Shown here piece by piece: positions 38,246-50,330 of a stretch of 64,000 nt of DNA. The DNA is from Camelus dromedarius (Eukaryota). The position numbers were made by a program, and so were the translations under genes. How positions within the stretch are numbered: position 1 is the stretch's first letter; every line of letters starts with the position of its first letter. The DNA lies in assembly GCF_036321535.1 (NCBI RefSeq), contig NC_087438.1:9736001-9800000 (forward strand), written 5' to 3'. The notes under the pieces are model-generated. The model had not been told where the DNA came from, did not search any database, and worked only from the letters and a program-made list of their open reading frames with translations.

Positions 38246-38782
38246 TAAAAAATGCTAATTAGGAAACTATTATTGAGGATGCTTTAAGGGGAAAGTATAT
38301 GCATTCAAATAATCAAGTAAGCAGTACAATGCCTGCTTGTTTATCAAAGAACTAATTACTGAATAACTACTTACTGAAGGAAATTTACTGGAGACTTGTT
38401 GAATTAATTAATTTTTTAAAGATTTAATTCATTCCTTTTCATTTTCTGCTTTCCCCTTTAATGTCTTTTTTTTTTAACTTAAATCTGTGTTTACAATATC
38501 AGACTTTGTCACCTATTATTATCAACCACATAAAAACTATTTCTAGTAACAACACAGTGCTTTTTCAAACAAGGTAAAAGAATTAATATCTACAATACTT
38601 TTGTGAGTATGACCTTTAGTCTACAATGTCTTCCTAGTAAATAACTGGATTCCCTCAAAGAAAAATTTCCTCCTGATACCTTCTCCCACCACATGGGAGT
38701 AAAAGCCAAGTTTGTCCCCACAATGGAATTCCCTGGAAAAGCTGTTCTCACATAACAAGCAGAGCCCAGTTGCAAGTGCACT

Positions 38783-38961
38783 ATGATGTGGAACCTTCCG
38801 AGGGCACCATGACATGGAACCTTCCGAGGGCGCCATGACGTGGAACCTTCCGAGGGCGCCATGACGTGGAACCTTCCGAGGGCGCCATGACGTGGAACCT
38901 TCCGAGGGCACCATGACGTGGAACCTTCCGAGGGCGCCATGACGTGGAACCTTCCGAGGGC
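38783..38961. repeat. 26-bp minisatellite (VNTR-like), ~6.9 copies, consensus ATGACGTGGAACCTTCCGAGGGCGCC
   Basis: Units start at 38783, 38809, 38835, 38861, 38887, 38913 and 38939; all variants are CpG transitions. Confidence 0.97.
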
Positions 38962-40324
38962 TGGGTAGGTAAGCCTCCCCGCTCCCATTCCCAGAGACAC
39001 AAGACAACTTCCTGAAATCAGACAGCCTTCAGATAGACCTGGACCAAAGGGTGACTGGAGTTGGTTAAATAGTTTTCTTTGCCTTAAAAAACAGCCAGAG
39101 TTTAATTCCAGCCAGCAATACAGGTTTTTCCTCCATTTTGCATACCTAGCTATGCTCCACACATCCTCAGAGTGATCGTTGGACCCCAGGTCTCTGAGGT
39201 TACTAACTGAGAGGATGTCCCCCACTCATGTTTGCTCTCTTTGCAGGTTAGAGTGAGAAGGCAGTGGATACAGTAAGAACATCTTCCAGCTCCCCTATCT
39301 CCTCTTCTGTCTCTGTTAGAAGAGGAAAGGGGTGCTGTGTCTAGAGGATTGAATGCCCAAAGTGTTTCTACTTCCTGGTTCCTCCTGGTTTGTGGAGACT
39401 CCCCTCAAAAGCCTTACCATCCACATTACAGAGTAAAGATTCCTCTTTAAAAGCAGTCTGTCATGAAATCACCATTTCTCCCACAAGAACACACAAACAA
39501 AAATGACAATTTCCATCCCCTAAACTCATAGCAGCTCATTCAAAAGGGCTGGGCCATTTTGCTCTGGGGTCCCTTCTCCTTCTTCTCAAGTCGTAATCCC
39601 TGACCATGATGTCCAGGTCACCAAACCAGTGGCAGATTAAGTGGTACATCAATTTGGTAGAGTGCACAGGTTTTCCTGCCTTGGCAATTATCTCAAAATG
39701 ACTCCCCAGAGGTCCCAGACGTAGCTGGCAGGGCTCGGCCAGTGGCAATGAAATGACCAAACAGCACTTGGGCCCCTCACTCATGAAGATGCTCACCCAC
39801 CCTACCCTTCTTCTCCTTTACGAGCTCCAGTGCTTGGGAGAAGTTCCGAGGAGGTGGAGATTAGTCCAACTGCATTGGGAGCAAAAGACACCACTTGTTT
39901 TTGTATCTGTCAATTTTTTTTTTTAGGTTGGCCAGATCCAGTATCGAATTCCTTAGCCAGAGTATAAATATCTACACGTTTTTTTACAGCCTTCTGACGG
40001 GTACTTCAAAAGTTTGCCTGACATGTCCCTTAGCTTCTCCAAAAGTCTACTCTGTGTACACATTCGGTCACTCAGGCATTGTGCTCTGTGGTCAGGAAGG
40101 ACTTCAAAGCCTGGACGCTTAGGTGTTCCACAGGAGGCAGTCGCTTGTTGGCCACAGATACCTGCCATCAGTGCAGCATCTCTACAGTGTACTCCTCAAG
40201 ATCCGGGTGCTTCATACTGTAGCACAGCAAGGAGCTCAAAATGGCTACTCTTGCCATACACCTCAGCACTGACCCAACGTGGGCTTTCCATTCAAGCTAC
40301 AAGTTAACACACTGTTATGCACAT

Positions 40325-40600
40325 CAGGGGCCAGGTGCTAAATATTGTAGGCTTTGGTGGCCATATATGCTCTGTTCCAGCCACTCAACCTACCTCCCAT
40401 TGTAGCACAAAAGCAAGCCACAGATAGTCCATAAACAAATGAACATGCCTACGTTCCAATAAAACTTTATAGACACTGGAATTTGAACGTTATATAATTT
40501 TTACATATCACAAGATATTATTCTTCTTGTGTTTTTCCCCAAGCATTTAAAAATATAAAAACCATTCTTAGCTCACCTGTACACAAACAGGCAGATGCAC
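40325..40600. mobile_element. MER58-like hAT-Charlie relic
   Basis: aaatattgtaggcttt...ttgtagcacaaaagcaagccacag...gttccaataaaactttat...aaaaccattcttagctc. Confidence 0.75.
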
Positions 40601-41090
40601 AAGACACCCCCTACAGTGCATCATTCTTGCAACCAGGCTTCTGAATGCCCCAGTCATGCTCAGCCAAAATGCTGAGAACAAGCCTGATGCTGCTTCTGGG
40701 GGAATAGGGATTGAAGGAATCTACATTGTAGATCTTCTAATATGCGTCCCAGGAAGATGTCTCATGGAAAATTATGAAAGCATTCTAATGTGTGAATAAG
40801 AACTTCAGAGGAGAGAACAGTTTTCCAAGGAACCTTCTAGATCTTGTTAAAGACTTGGGTGTTATCATAAGAGCCATAGGAGCCATTAAAGGAATACCAT
40901 AATGATATTTCCCTTTCTTCTAGAATATATAGGATGGATTAGAGTGGGCAAGAATGAACTACAAGAGGCAAGTTAGGAAGCCATGGCTGTTGTCGGCTAA
41001 GGATGACAAAGGGCAGGATGAAGAAGACAAAGTTACAGAGGAGCGGGGGAGACTTCAGTTTCAGCATTGAACCCAATATAGTGTTAAATT

Positions 41091-41243
41091 AAAAAAAAAA
41101 ATAAAGAAAGAAAGAAAGAAAGAAAGAAAGGGAAAAGAAAAGAAAAGAAGGAAGGAAGGAGGAAGGAGGGAGGGAGGGAGGGATGGATGGAGGGAGAAAG
41201 GGAAAAAGAAGAGGAAAAAAGTGGGGGAGGGAGAGAGAGAGAG
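41091..41243 (+). repeat. Compound purine-rich low-complexity tract: A-run, (GAAA)n, (GGAA)n, (GGGA)n, (GA)n
   Basis: Direct reading. Confidence 0.9.
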
Positions 41244-41884
41244 ACTACTTGAACCTTCTATACTTCCTTTAAATAAGGCAACTGTTTGACAATTCATCTG
41301 GGAAGGATAAAAATAATGAAGTCGAGAAGAAAAACCAAAGGAAGGGTGATCTTAGTGCCCTGAGTGGCAGAACTCATTTTTCTTTTCTCAATAAACCATT
41401 GAATCTGGTTGTTTTTATGACTCCGCAGCACCCAGGTGGGCTTGGAGGTGGTTATTCCATATGTTTTGAACACTCCCTCTGGAGGGTGACAGGGATGACT
41501 TCCTACATTCTATTAGAAACTCTAGCCTATTGTTACTTTATGGCTTATTTAAGAAGTCTGTTCAAAAAAATCAATGTCTATGAATATTAAAGTTTAACTT
41601 TTAGCTGTGAAGGCAAGACACCACACGTCTGTCTAGTGGGTGAACTTCTATGATAGTAGGGCCAGCAGATGAAAAGCCTTCGAAAAGATGGACCTTCTGG
41701 AGGAAGGGTTTACATTTAAACTGTATGTACCATTCAAAGAACGTTAGGCCAGCCTGCTTTCTTACATGGAGGTTTGTGACATGCTCCAGGGAAATGACTG
41801 TGAGTTTGGGAATACTCTGCTTCCCTCTGGCCTCTCTCTCCCCTCTAGTACCTGCACATCCTTCCTCCATTCAAGAAACATTAT

Positions 41885-42051
41885 CTTTCTTGTAATAACC
41901 TTTAATGAAAATGAATGCATGTATACATATATATATGTATGACTGGGACATTATGCTGAACACCAGAAATTGACATATTGTAACTGACTATACTTCAATA
42001 AAAATAAATTAAAAATAAATAAACAGATAAAAAAAATTTTTTAATTAAAAA
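41885..42051 (+). mobile_element. Short camelid-type L1 3' end with 12-bp TSD
   Basis: gtatgactgggacattatgctgaacaccagaaattgaca...tatacttcaataaaa; perfect TSD aagaaacattat (41873-41884, 42052-42063). Confidence 0.88.
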
Positions 42052-42432
42052 AAGAAACATTATTTTACTATTTCCCCCACTAGCAAAATGGAGGAGCTGT
42101 ATCACTTTTGAGTTAATATAAAAATGATATGGAAAAAAATTACATCACCTTCAAGCTATACCGACATACTCACCTTCAAAACATGGTTTCCTCAATCACT
42201 CTTATTGTACCACTTAGACCAAAGAAAATTATCAAATCACGTAGCCCACATGTATGCCCCAGTATATTTATTTGTTTGTTTTTTCCATTTTTCACATCTG
42301 CATTGCTAGAAAATTATATAAAAGCCTACAAGAAAAATTCTCATTGGGGTGAACATTTTAAATAGTCTCTTAAATTTAAAAGGAAATTCTCCTTTATAAT
42401 ATTCTCCTATTTTTAAAATATGTACTTTTTAC

Positions 42433-42582
42433 CTGGGCAATGGTTCTGTCAGGACACCAGGCTCTAATAAGGAGAAGACGTCTGAAGCAGTCAAGAGATT
42501 TATCATAGGCGTTTGGAAGGGGTTCCTCCTCAGGGTTTTCCTTATCAAACCAAATTTTCCACATTTTTTCATTTCTTGATAT
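42433..42582 (-). CDS. DNAH5: DNAH5 coding exon (~exon 70), 150 bp
   Basis: Manual translation [50 protein letters not shown]; acceptor ttttcag, donor GTAAAA. Confidence 0.96.
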
Positions 42583-44367
42583 CTGAAAATGCCAGGGGAT
42601 AGGAAATGTGTCACACCTCAGAAAACTCTTTTCCTAAGAGTTCACATTTTTCCTCTAACTTTCTGACCATTGCAGACATGTGTGAATGATATCCCTTGAC
42701 TATTCTTTAAAATTTTATATTCTAGTGCCAAAAGTTGGAGAGTCTAAAATCAAATGTGATTTGTTCTAAAGTCAGTCTGTATTAATGCCAGCCTATGTCT
42801 CCCTTTCAAAGGAGGGAGAGTCCCGGGTTGTAATTTCTTCTATGCCTTTGTGGTAGCAAATTTGTAACAGAATAAAGAGATCAATAGAAATTCATTTTCA
42901 TTATTTTAAGGAAATATGATTTGCTCCAAGAGATCCCCTATGATTAGGAACCAAGTCTCGTTCACTTATGTTTCCTCATTTCCCAGGACCGTTCTTGGAA
43001 CAAAAGAAGACATTTAATACGTGTTTGTTATTGAAGTTTTTTGGTCAATACTGTATCAATCTAGAGTAATTTGAAATATACCACTTAATATTGTCATCAA
43101 ATGAATAATCGCACTTGCTTCCTACAGGCAATTAATAAAGGGAAAAAAAACCACAGCCTGTTATCCTTTGGAGCTTAAAAAATCAAAGAGAAACAAGCAT
43201 TATATGGGCAAGTATCTGAAACTCATAGAATAACATCTGCAGATAAATATAATCTTATATTCTCCGGTAGATCCCCTTTGATTAAAGCCCCAAATATATT
43301 TTTTGAAGGTCTAATTAAAGGAAAACACATTTAGGTTCGTAATCAGAAAATATCATGTAAGAATAAAAATCACCTCTTTCAATCATGAAAGACTATATAA
43401 TATGGGTGGATTTCAGGCATAAAATATAACCTCCAGAAGAGAGCTACTTGACACACAATGGTCCAGGAAAGGTCACTCGGCGTCATCCCCTGGGGGAACA
43501 AGCTAGAATGCATTAAAATCTCCCAGGTGAAAGTTATTTAACCCAGTAGGATGGTTTGTCCCCTAATTGCATGGTAATCACCAGGATTAAGCCGAAACAT
43601 AAAAATATAGCAGAACTTAATCTTCCAGTCAATTTAGAGTAGAGAAGTCAAGAACCAGCCCTAGGATGTTTTTTGGTCAAAAAAAGCCTTCAACTTGCAG
43701 CTAAGAAAGCCACCTTGCTGGTCCATGTGACTTCTCTCTGGTCACCAGATTTTCAAGAACCTGTTTCCTGGCTTGTCCCAATTCAGTTTTCTATACCCAG
43801 CTTACATGGTCCCAACAGATACACCATCCATCAGGAACTGGCTGCTTCTGAAAGGACAGCTCCTGAAGATAAAAGGCCAGGTGGCTGCATCAGACTCACA
43901 CGCAGACGCCTAGCTAGGGCAGTACAATGAGGAGCAGGAGGAAAAGGAGGAGAGAGAGAGGAACGAGACGCAAGAAAGAAAGGATATTTAGCATTTAGAC
44001 ACAGGATGTTCCTATTTCTGTCCAGTTAATCTCTAGAAAGAAGGCAGAACCTCCTGAGCATCTCTCATCATGCGACCCAACTGAACCTGCCAGTCTTCCC
44101 GCTTGCGGACCTCCAATTGGTGAACCTGACATACGGCCCAGGTCAGCGCTGGTTAACCTTCCTGGGCAAATAACGTCTTCCTGTGAGGCCAGTGGGCCAC
44201 GGGTGGAGTCTGCTTTATCAGAGCACGAGTGGGCTGTAGAGAAGGCCGGGCACTGGTCCTACCATTGTGTGAGTAACCATAGCAAGAAATCTCTCTCTCC
44301 CACAAGTAATGTAGCCACTGATAAATCACTGTGACATTATCATAAGTTTATTCAAAGCATAAGATAC

Positions 44368-44489
44368 CTGATCAAGGACATCTGAAAACTGTCTAAGTTT
44401 GCTGAGTTCCACCAAATTCAGCCAGGTCATGTCCAGGATCCATTTGGACGGTTTAGGAGGACAGGCTTTCAAGTCCAACGAGGCACCAC
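44368..44489 (-). CDS. DNAH5: DNAH5 coding exon (~exon 69), 122 bp
   Basis: Manual translation (G)[40 protein letters not shown]; acceptor ttgaaag, donor GTATCT; phase 1/0. Confidence 0.95.
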
Positions 44490-44709
44490 CTTTCAAGTGA
44501 AACATCTAAAATTATTACATTTTTCTTTCTTTACTGTAAAATCATTTCTTTATAAAAAAAACTTTTGCTGAAACTATTTTAATTTCAATTATTTTACCAC
44601 CTTGACATTTATTAAACTCAGAAACATGAATCACAGTGACGAACAAGCTTTAAAATGTAAACAGAAATACATGGTTTTAGGGAAAAAAAATTTTAAGAAT
44701 CAATAATAT

Positions 44710-44900
44710 AGGTTTGGATCCAGACAAGTGCTGGATTCTATCTTAGCTCCACCTGGCCACGGTCCAGGACAAGCTCATCTGTCTGGGCCTCAGTTTCCAA
44801 ATATGTACAATGGGAACAATGAAGCCTGGGTGTCTGAAAACAGCAGAATGATACAAAATATATGTGTAAGGCACTCAAAACAGGATCAAGGACAAAGCAG
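44710..44900 (+). mobile_element. MIR SINE relic
   Basis: tctgggcctcagtttccaaatatgtacaatggg core. Confidence 0.6.
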
Positions 44901-47257
44901 AGGGTCGCTAAATGAGCAGCTACTGTCAGCATTAAGAATTGCCGAATGTTGACATAAGCTCATTTTAAGAAGATAATTTACCTAGAAATGTTAGTAGCAC
45001 TACCTGTGTTTGAAGGGTTCTCCCCTATAAATCAGTGTATCATTTACATCATTTTGAGCATACCCAAGGGCCTCGTGTTATGGCACTTATTTTTGGTCTA
45101 ACCACAGCAAACATTTCCACTGGGTACCGACTCCTACCTTTTTCCTGATGATTTACCCAAGCTCATGTAACTCCCATAACTCTCACAACACTATAAAATA
45201 AATGACACCTTAAAATGTTGTTGCTGCCCATCTCAGAAAAATCATATTTTAAGTCAAAGAAAGAGTTAGCAAGTCTTCTACAGGATGAAATACACTATTT
45301 AATAAATAACATCTATTAAAATGTTTCACAGAAAATATGCTCTAAGCATAATTCATAAAAGGATGTAACCAATCCATTTGGCTACACTATTTTTTGGAAC
45401 AGAGCAGGTCATAAACAAATGATAATGCTCAAGATATTTATCGAGCCAATCTCTACTTTATTTAGATACCATGGACCCCACTAAATTGCTGTCTTTTGCC
45501 AAATCTATCTTAGTATACTTCCAAGGTAAGCGGAACAAAAGGTAAGGGAAGCCAATTCAATGAAAATATTAACTCATAAAATCAAAACAGATTGCTTGAA
45601 CACCAGGGAGCAGTTAAAGACAATGGCACTGTGTTGAAAAATGTCACACCAATTTCCAAGGAAACTGCCCATTTTCTGACCAACTGAAAAGAATAAGGTA
45701 TTCACCACAGAGTTAGGGAAAAGCTATTCATGGGAAAGAAAGGATGTTCCTTGCAGCCAAAGCATTATTCATTACTTAGTAGAGGGTAACGAGGTCATGA
45801 TTATCTTGTCTGCCTCAAAAGTGTACAATGGGCCACAAAGACTATTGTAATGGGCAGGAGGAGGAGGAGGGACATATTCCTGGATAATATGACACCAGAT
45901 TAGATGGACTCCTGCTGAACGAACAGCTGGGATGGGGATAATTCAAAATAAATTATCAACATGATTGAGAATTATGCCAGTCCCTTCAAACCCTCAAACC
46001 CTCACTCTGGGGAAAAGTAGATTTAAATCTTTATCATAATTCTTTGTAAAAATGATACATGCTTTTAATGAAAGATTTATACAAGTTATACCATGCAGTC
46101 ATAGAGTGGCATAGCTAAGACAGATTTAGAAAGTCATCTAGGCTCATCCTTTCCCATCCAGAGATGAGTAAATTAATTGAGACCAGTATCTAAACACTGT
46201 TGCTAGCTAAATAACATTTTCAAACAAGTGATTTTAAAGTTCCTACAGAGGGATCATGCCATTGGGCAGCTCTCACCAACATAATTAGCAAAAGGAAATC
46301 TTATGAAACTGTGTCTTAAAGCAGTACAAAAACCAGCTGTTGAATGCCAAAGGCCCACGAAAACCAGTCCAACCCATGCAAGCCTCAGACCAAGTAAAAT
46401 AAACTAAAAAACTAAAGCTGATATAATCTGTCACTTGCTGACCATATTCCATCTGCCAGGGTTTGTGTAAGTTGTGTGAATTCTCAATAATCCTATTACG
46501 TATATTTGACTACCCTTGTTTTATAGTGGAGGCAACTGAAGCTCGAGAAGGCTGTCACCTGCTTAAGACCGTTCATCCAGAAAGAGGCAAAGCCGCTCTT
46601 TTCCCTTCAAGTCTTCCTAAGCCTAAATACCATGTTTGATATCATCATGCCAAACTATAACGTAATTTACAATATTTCAACCAGTCCAGGATGCTATGTC
46701 CAATGTCATTTCCATGGGGAGATGGCTCCCATGCCTGAATTGAGGAGGTCAGGCACAGCTTTCCCATGGGAAGCCCCACCAGCTGGAGGACCAGACCCAC
46801 TGAGGCCAGGAATTAGTGATGTATGAAGACTCACTGAAGGGAGAAGGCAACCCCTACACCTGCATGTCTATCTAAGGGGATGTCTCTCCAGACCATTCAT
46901 CTTCCCCGTGCTCTGATTTAGGAAACTGGGAAAATAAAGAAACCCAAGGAGCAAAGGTTTGAGGGCTAAACACAAAGAATAGAGAAAGAAATCTGCCACA
47001 GATCATACATTTCTAAATTTTCAAGTGTAACTGAATGAGTCTTTGTTGCTGCTATAAGATATATATATGCACAGGCCTATGTATATGAACATGAATATGT
47101 GTAAGTAGGACTCCGACCTATACACCCCCACGTGTGCCCTTCCCTTCTGCCCCGACCAGGGTCCTCTTCAAGTTCCTCTGCAAATCTACTCTCCAGGTGA
47201 AATCGTGAAAATCCACCCCACTCTGAAGATAAAGTTGTGTCTTATCTTTAAAGATAG

Positions 47258-47418
47258 ACCTGGAACTCTATTCAATTTCTTGTAAAATAATGGAAAGAAT
47301 CTGAAAAGAAAATATATATATATATATGCATGTATATGTATAACTAAATCAATTGGCTATACACTTGAAAGAAATACTGTAAATCAACTATACTTCAATA
47401 AAAGTTTTTAAAAAAGAA
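47258..47418 (+). mobile_element. Short L1 3' end
   Basis: ggaactctattcaatttcttgtaa...gaatctgaaaag...taaatcaactatacttcaataaaa; flanking aaagata repeats. Confidence 0.8.
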
Positions 47419-47779
47419 AGATATAGTATATAAAACCGTTTCGACCCCAGCATCATTTCCACGGTTATTTTAAATAGTTTTTTGTCCAGACTTTCAAGAA
47501 TGTGTTAGTAAATATAGGTTTCCCAGCCTTCCACAGGGCCGTCTTGTTCCAGGGGCACAGGGGACCCGTCTGTGAGTGATGTCACAACAGATACAGAGGA
47601 AACATTCAGGGCATGCGTGGCACGGTCACCTTACCCGCTCTGCTCCAGCCCCCCTGGTTGCCTGGCTTTGCCTCCATCACACCAGGCTCTGAGCCCTTGA
47701 TGCCATCTCCTCATCCTTCAAACTTCCTCTAAATGCCCCAGGACCCGCATCCCCTGCTCCTTCAGGCCTTGGCTCACCT

Positions 47780-48030
47780 GTCCATGTCTTGGGAGTCCTA
47801 CCCAACTAGAGACCCCACTAAAAATCTCATTTAAAATGTTAAACCTCCCCCTTGCACACATCCTGTAACGCTCCCCCATCTCCCTTTCTCTGTTTTTTCC
47901 CATAGTGCTTACCACTTTTCTACGTACTACACAATTTACTATTGTTTATTATCTGTCCCAAGTACCTATTCCGTGTGCCAGCACACAGTATGTTTTCAAT
48001 AAATATTCATGCAATAAATGAACAAATAAA
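47780..48030. mobile_element. L2 3' end relic
   Basis: ttttttcccatagtgcttaccac...gcacacagtatgttttcaataaatattcatgcaataaatgaacaaat. Confidence 0.55.
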
Positions 48031-48175
48031 AGATCTCACATAAATGTGATCTTCAATGAGATGCAAGGAAAACTGCCATTGCCAAAAAAAAAAAAAAAAA
48101 AAAAAACTGCACAGGACCTTCACAATGATTCCTACATCTGCACCTGTGCACAGCGCTTCCTGTTCTTATACTGAC

Positions 48176-48366
48176 CTTTAATAAGGGTGAGAAACTCTTC
48201 GTGCTTGACTCGGTTCCTCTGGATGTCGATCTTTAGGGTAAGCAGCAAGGTGAACAGGAATTTGTGCTCCTCGTACAATCCCCGGGCTGTGTACTTGTAA
48301 ACCTCGTAGGTCATGTGTTCGATAATATTAGCGATCCTCTTGCTTGTGATTGGGCTTTTGACAGAC
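48176..48366 (-). CDS. DNAH5: DNAH5 coding exon (~exon 68), 191 bp
   Basis: [63 protein letters not shown](G); acceptor ttttccag, donor GTCAGT; phase 2/1. Confidence 0.96.
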
Positions 48367-48407
48367 CTGGAAAACAGAACACTTCAGTCAGGCTTATCCC
48401 ATCGCCC

Positions 48408-48638
48408 TTTTCAATTGTCCCTAAAAACAACATCTTTAACGTAAAATAAGTAACTCTGGAGGACCAATTCTTACTTTTTACACATCTAGAGTAAGCCTCC
48501 TAAATCTAAAATAACAAGCATTTTCAATTGTCCCTAAAAACAACATCTTTAACGTAAAATAAGTAACTCTGGAGGACCAATTCTTACTTTTTACACATCT
48601 AGAGTAAGCCTCCTAAATCTAAAATAACAAGCATTTTC
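48408..48638. repeat. Exact tandem duplication, 113-bp unit x2 with TTTTC junction microhomology
   Basis: 48408-48520 is identical to 48521-48633; TTTTC recurs at 48408, 48521 and 48634. Confidence 0.97.
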
Positions 48639-48979
48639 TCAACATGAACTAATGTAACAGAATCCTCCACATTTTTGTCTGAATCAGTTTTACCCACGGG
48701 GCATTATCACTCACAACAACGTCTTGGTAATTTTCTTGTTTAGCAGAAACAGGGGAAACCAAAGGAATCAATCAGTCAATGAATAGTTGGTAGAGCTTTC
48801 TCTGAGCATAAAATGACAAATGAGAATGATTTGTTAACACACTGGTAATTATGCTCATCTGATATTAAAAAAAAAAAAAAAGAATCTTAGTAGCAAAGGG
48901 AAAAGATGTTATCAATGTAAGGTCATCATCCTAGCCCACAGATAAAGAATTCAGCTTGGCTTCCTGAGTACAGACGTAC

Positions 48980-49094
48980 CTGGCTAAGGAAAGGTCAAAC
49001 AAGCCAAGAAACTGGCGGAGCGAAGTCTGATACATCTCATTAACCAAGCGCATCTCCGTGATGAGGAAGTAGAGGATGCTGCCTCGTGTAGCGA
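48980..49094 (-). CDS. DNAH5: DNAH5 coding exon (~exon 67), 115 bp
   Basis: (V)[37 protein letters not shown](R); acceptor ttttcag, donor GTACGT; phase 1/2. Confidence 0.96.
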
Positions 49095-50086
49095 CTGAAA
49101 AGACAAAGAGCAAGGTTGCTGTCACTACGAGCGTGGAAAATAAATGACCTGTGCACAGAGCAGTCTGAAGCCTAAATGAAAACAAGTTTTATTTTTATGT
49201 CTTTTCAATGACCGTCTACCAGCAATGAGAGTCTAGAGCAACGTTCATCATATATATTTAATTCTTCTTTATAAGCTTGGGACAGGGAGTCTGCTATTTG
49301 TGTTCATTAAATGATACTTTCCTTTTTAGAATCTCTAGATCCCTTATAAATATATTTTATTACATTTTTTCATAGATAGAAAAGACAACCAATGGGATAG
49401 CACAGGTTATAACACCCAGCAGATTGTGTGTGTAGGCGTTGTAAGGACCTCCTTCTTATGCTCCATGAAGAAGCCCTGAATAACCTTGGCCTCAAGTTGG
49501 CAAATCAAGGCATCGTAAATATGACGCCGTTGACTCTCCACTAGCAGATATTGTTTCGATTATTTTTCCAGGAGGAATGATAAATTACCAAAGGAAATGG
49601 AAGTCTTTTAGCAGGTTCCTTTTGTAACCCACAAACAATAACGATTTGCTAATTGGTAGATAAGGCTGACGAGTTCCCATGAGACCAGAGAACTAATACA
49701 AGGCTACAATCAAAACATACAGGCTTATGGTTACCAAATGATAAACTAGAGAACAGCCCACAAATGCAGCATGGATTCCTCAACTTCACTAGTTTGTAGT
49801 TGGATATCCTTTAAAAATTCTCCTCTTTAATTTCTAGTTTAAAAATAAGTTCGCAGGAACCTTAAAGAATTTGTCAACTAACATGAATTATAAACACCTA
49901 GAAAATCTGCACCATCAAAAAACGTCTTCATCTTTTACTGAATATTTCCCAAAGAAAAGCGACAAAACAAATAGCCACTTCACTTTGCATCATCATTTAC
50001 ATAACATCCTTCCTTACTTCAATTCCTCTAATTCTCATTTCTTGCTTCATTTTCCTGCGACATTTGTCTTTCATTACCAAACTCAC

Positions 50087-50330
50087 CAGGTCTGTATTCC
50101 TCCCGGGCTGAGTTAATTTGAATTTCTGTCTCGGCCGAAATTTCCAGCTTCTGTGTCACCTCCTCGGCTGTCTTTTTTGTGTTACTTAGCACAACGATGA
50201 GACTCTCATCTTCCACCAGGGACCCCTGGGTACTCGTCAGCCGGTAAAGCAAATTATCTTCGAGCTCCTTCATCCTCCTTTTGTTTGCAGTTACGTCTTC
50301 CATGAGACGAGTTCTTTCTTTCTCCAGTTC
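50087..50330 (-). CDS. DNAH5: DNAH5 coding exon (~exon 66), 244 bp, buttress/strut coiled coil
   Basis: [81 protein letters not shown]; acceptor tgacag, donor GTGAGT; phase 0/1. Confidence 0.96.

Noticed and set aside
38783..38961. CRISPR-like array of 26-bp repeats
   Set aside because: The units are head-to-tail with no unique spacers, there are no cas genes, and the context is a mammalian intron.
38590..39225. 211-aa, 128-aa and 73-aa minus-strand ORFs with repeated peptides
   Set aside because: The minus-strand repeat unit lacks stop codons in all frames, so all three frames stay open. The flanking translation resembles no protein, and the DNAH5 exon chain is complete without it.
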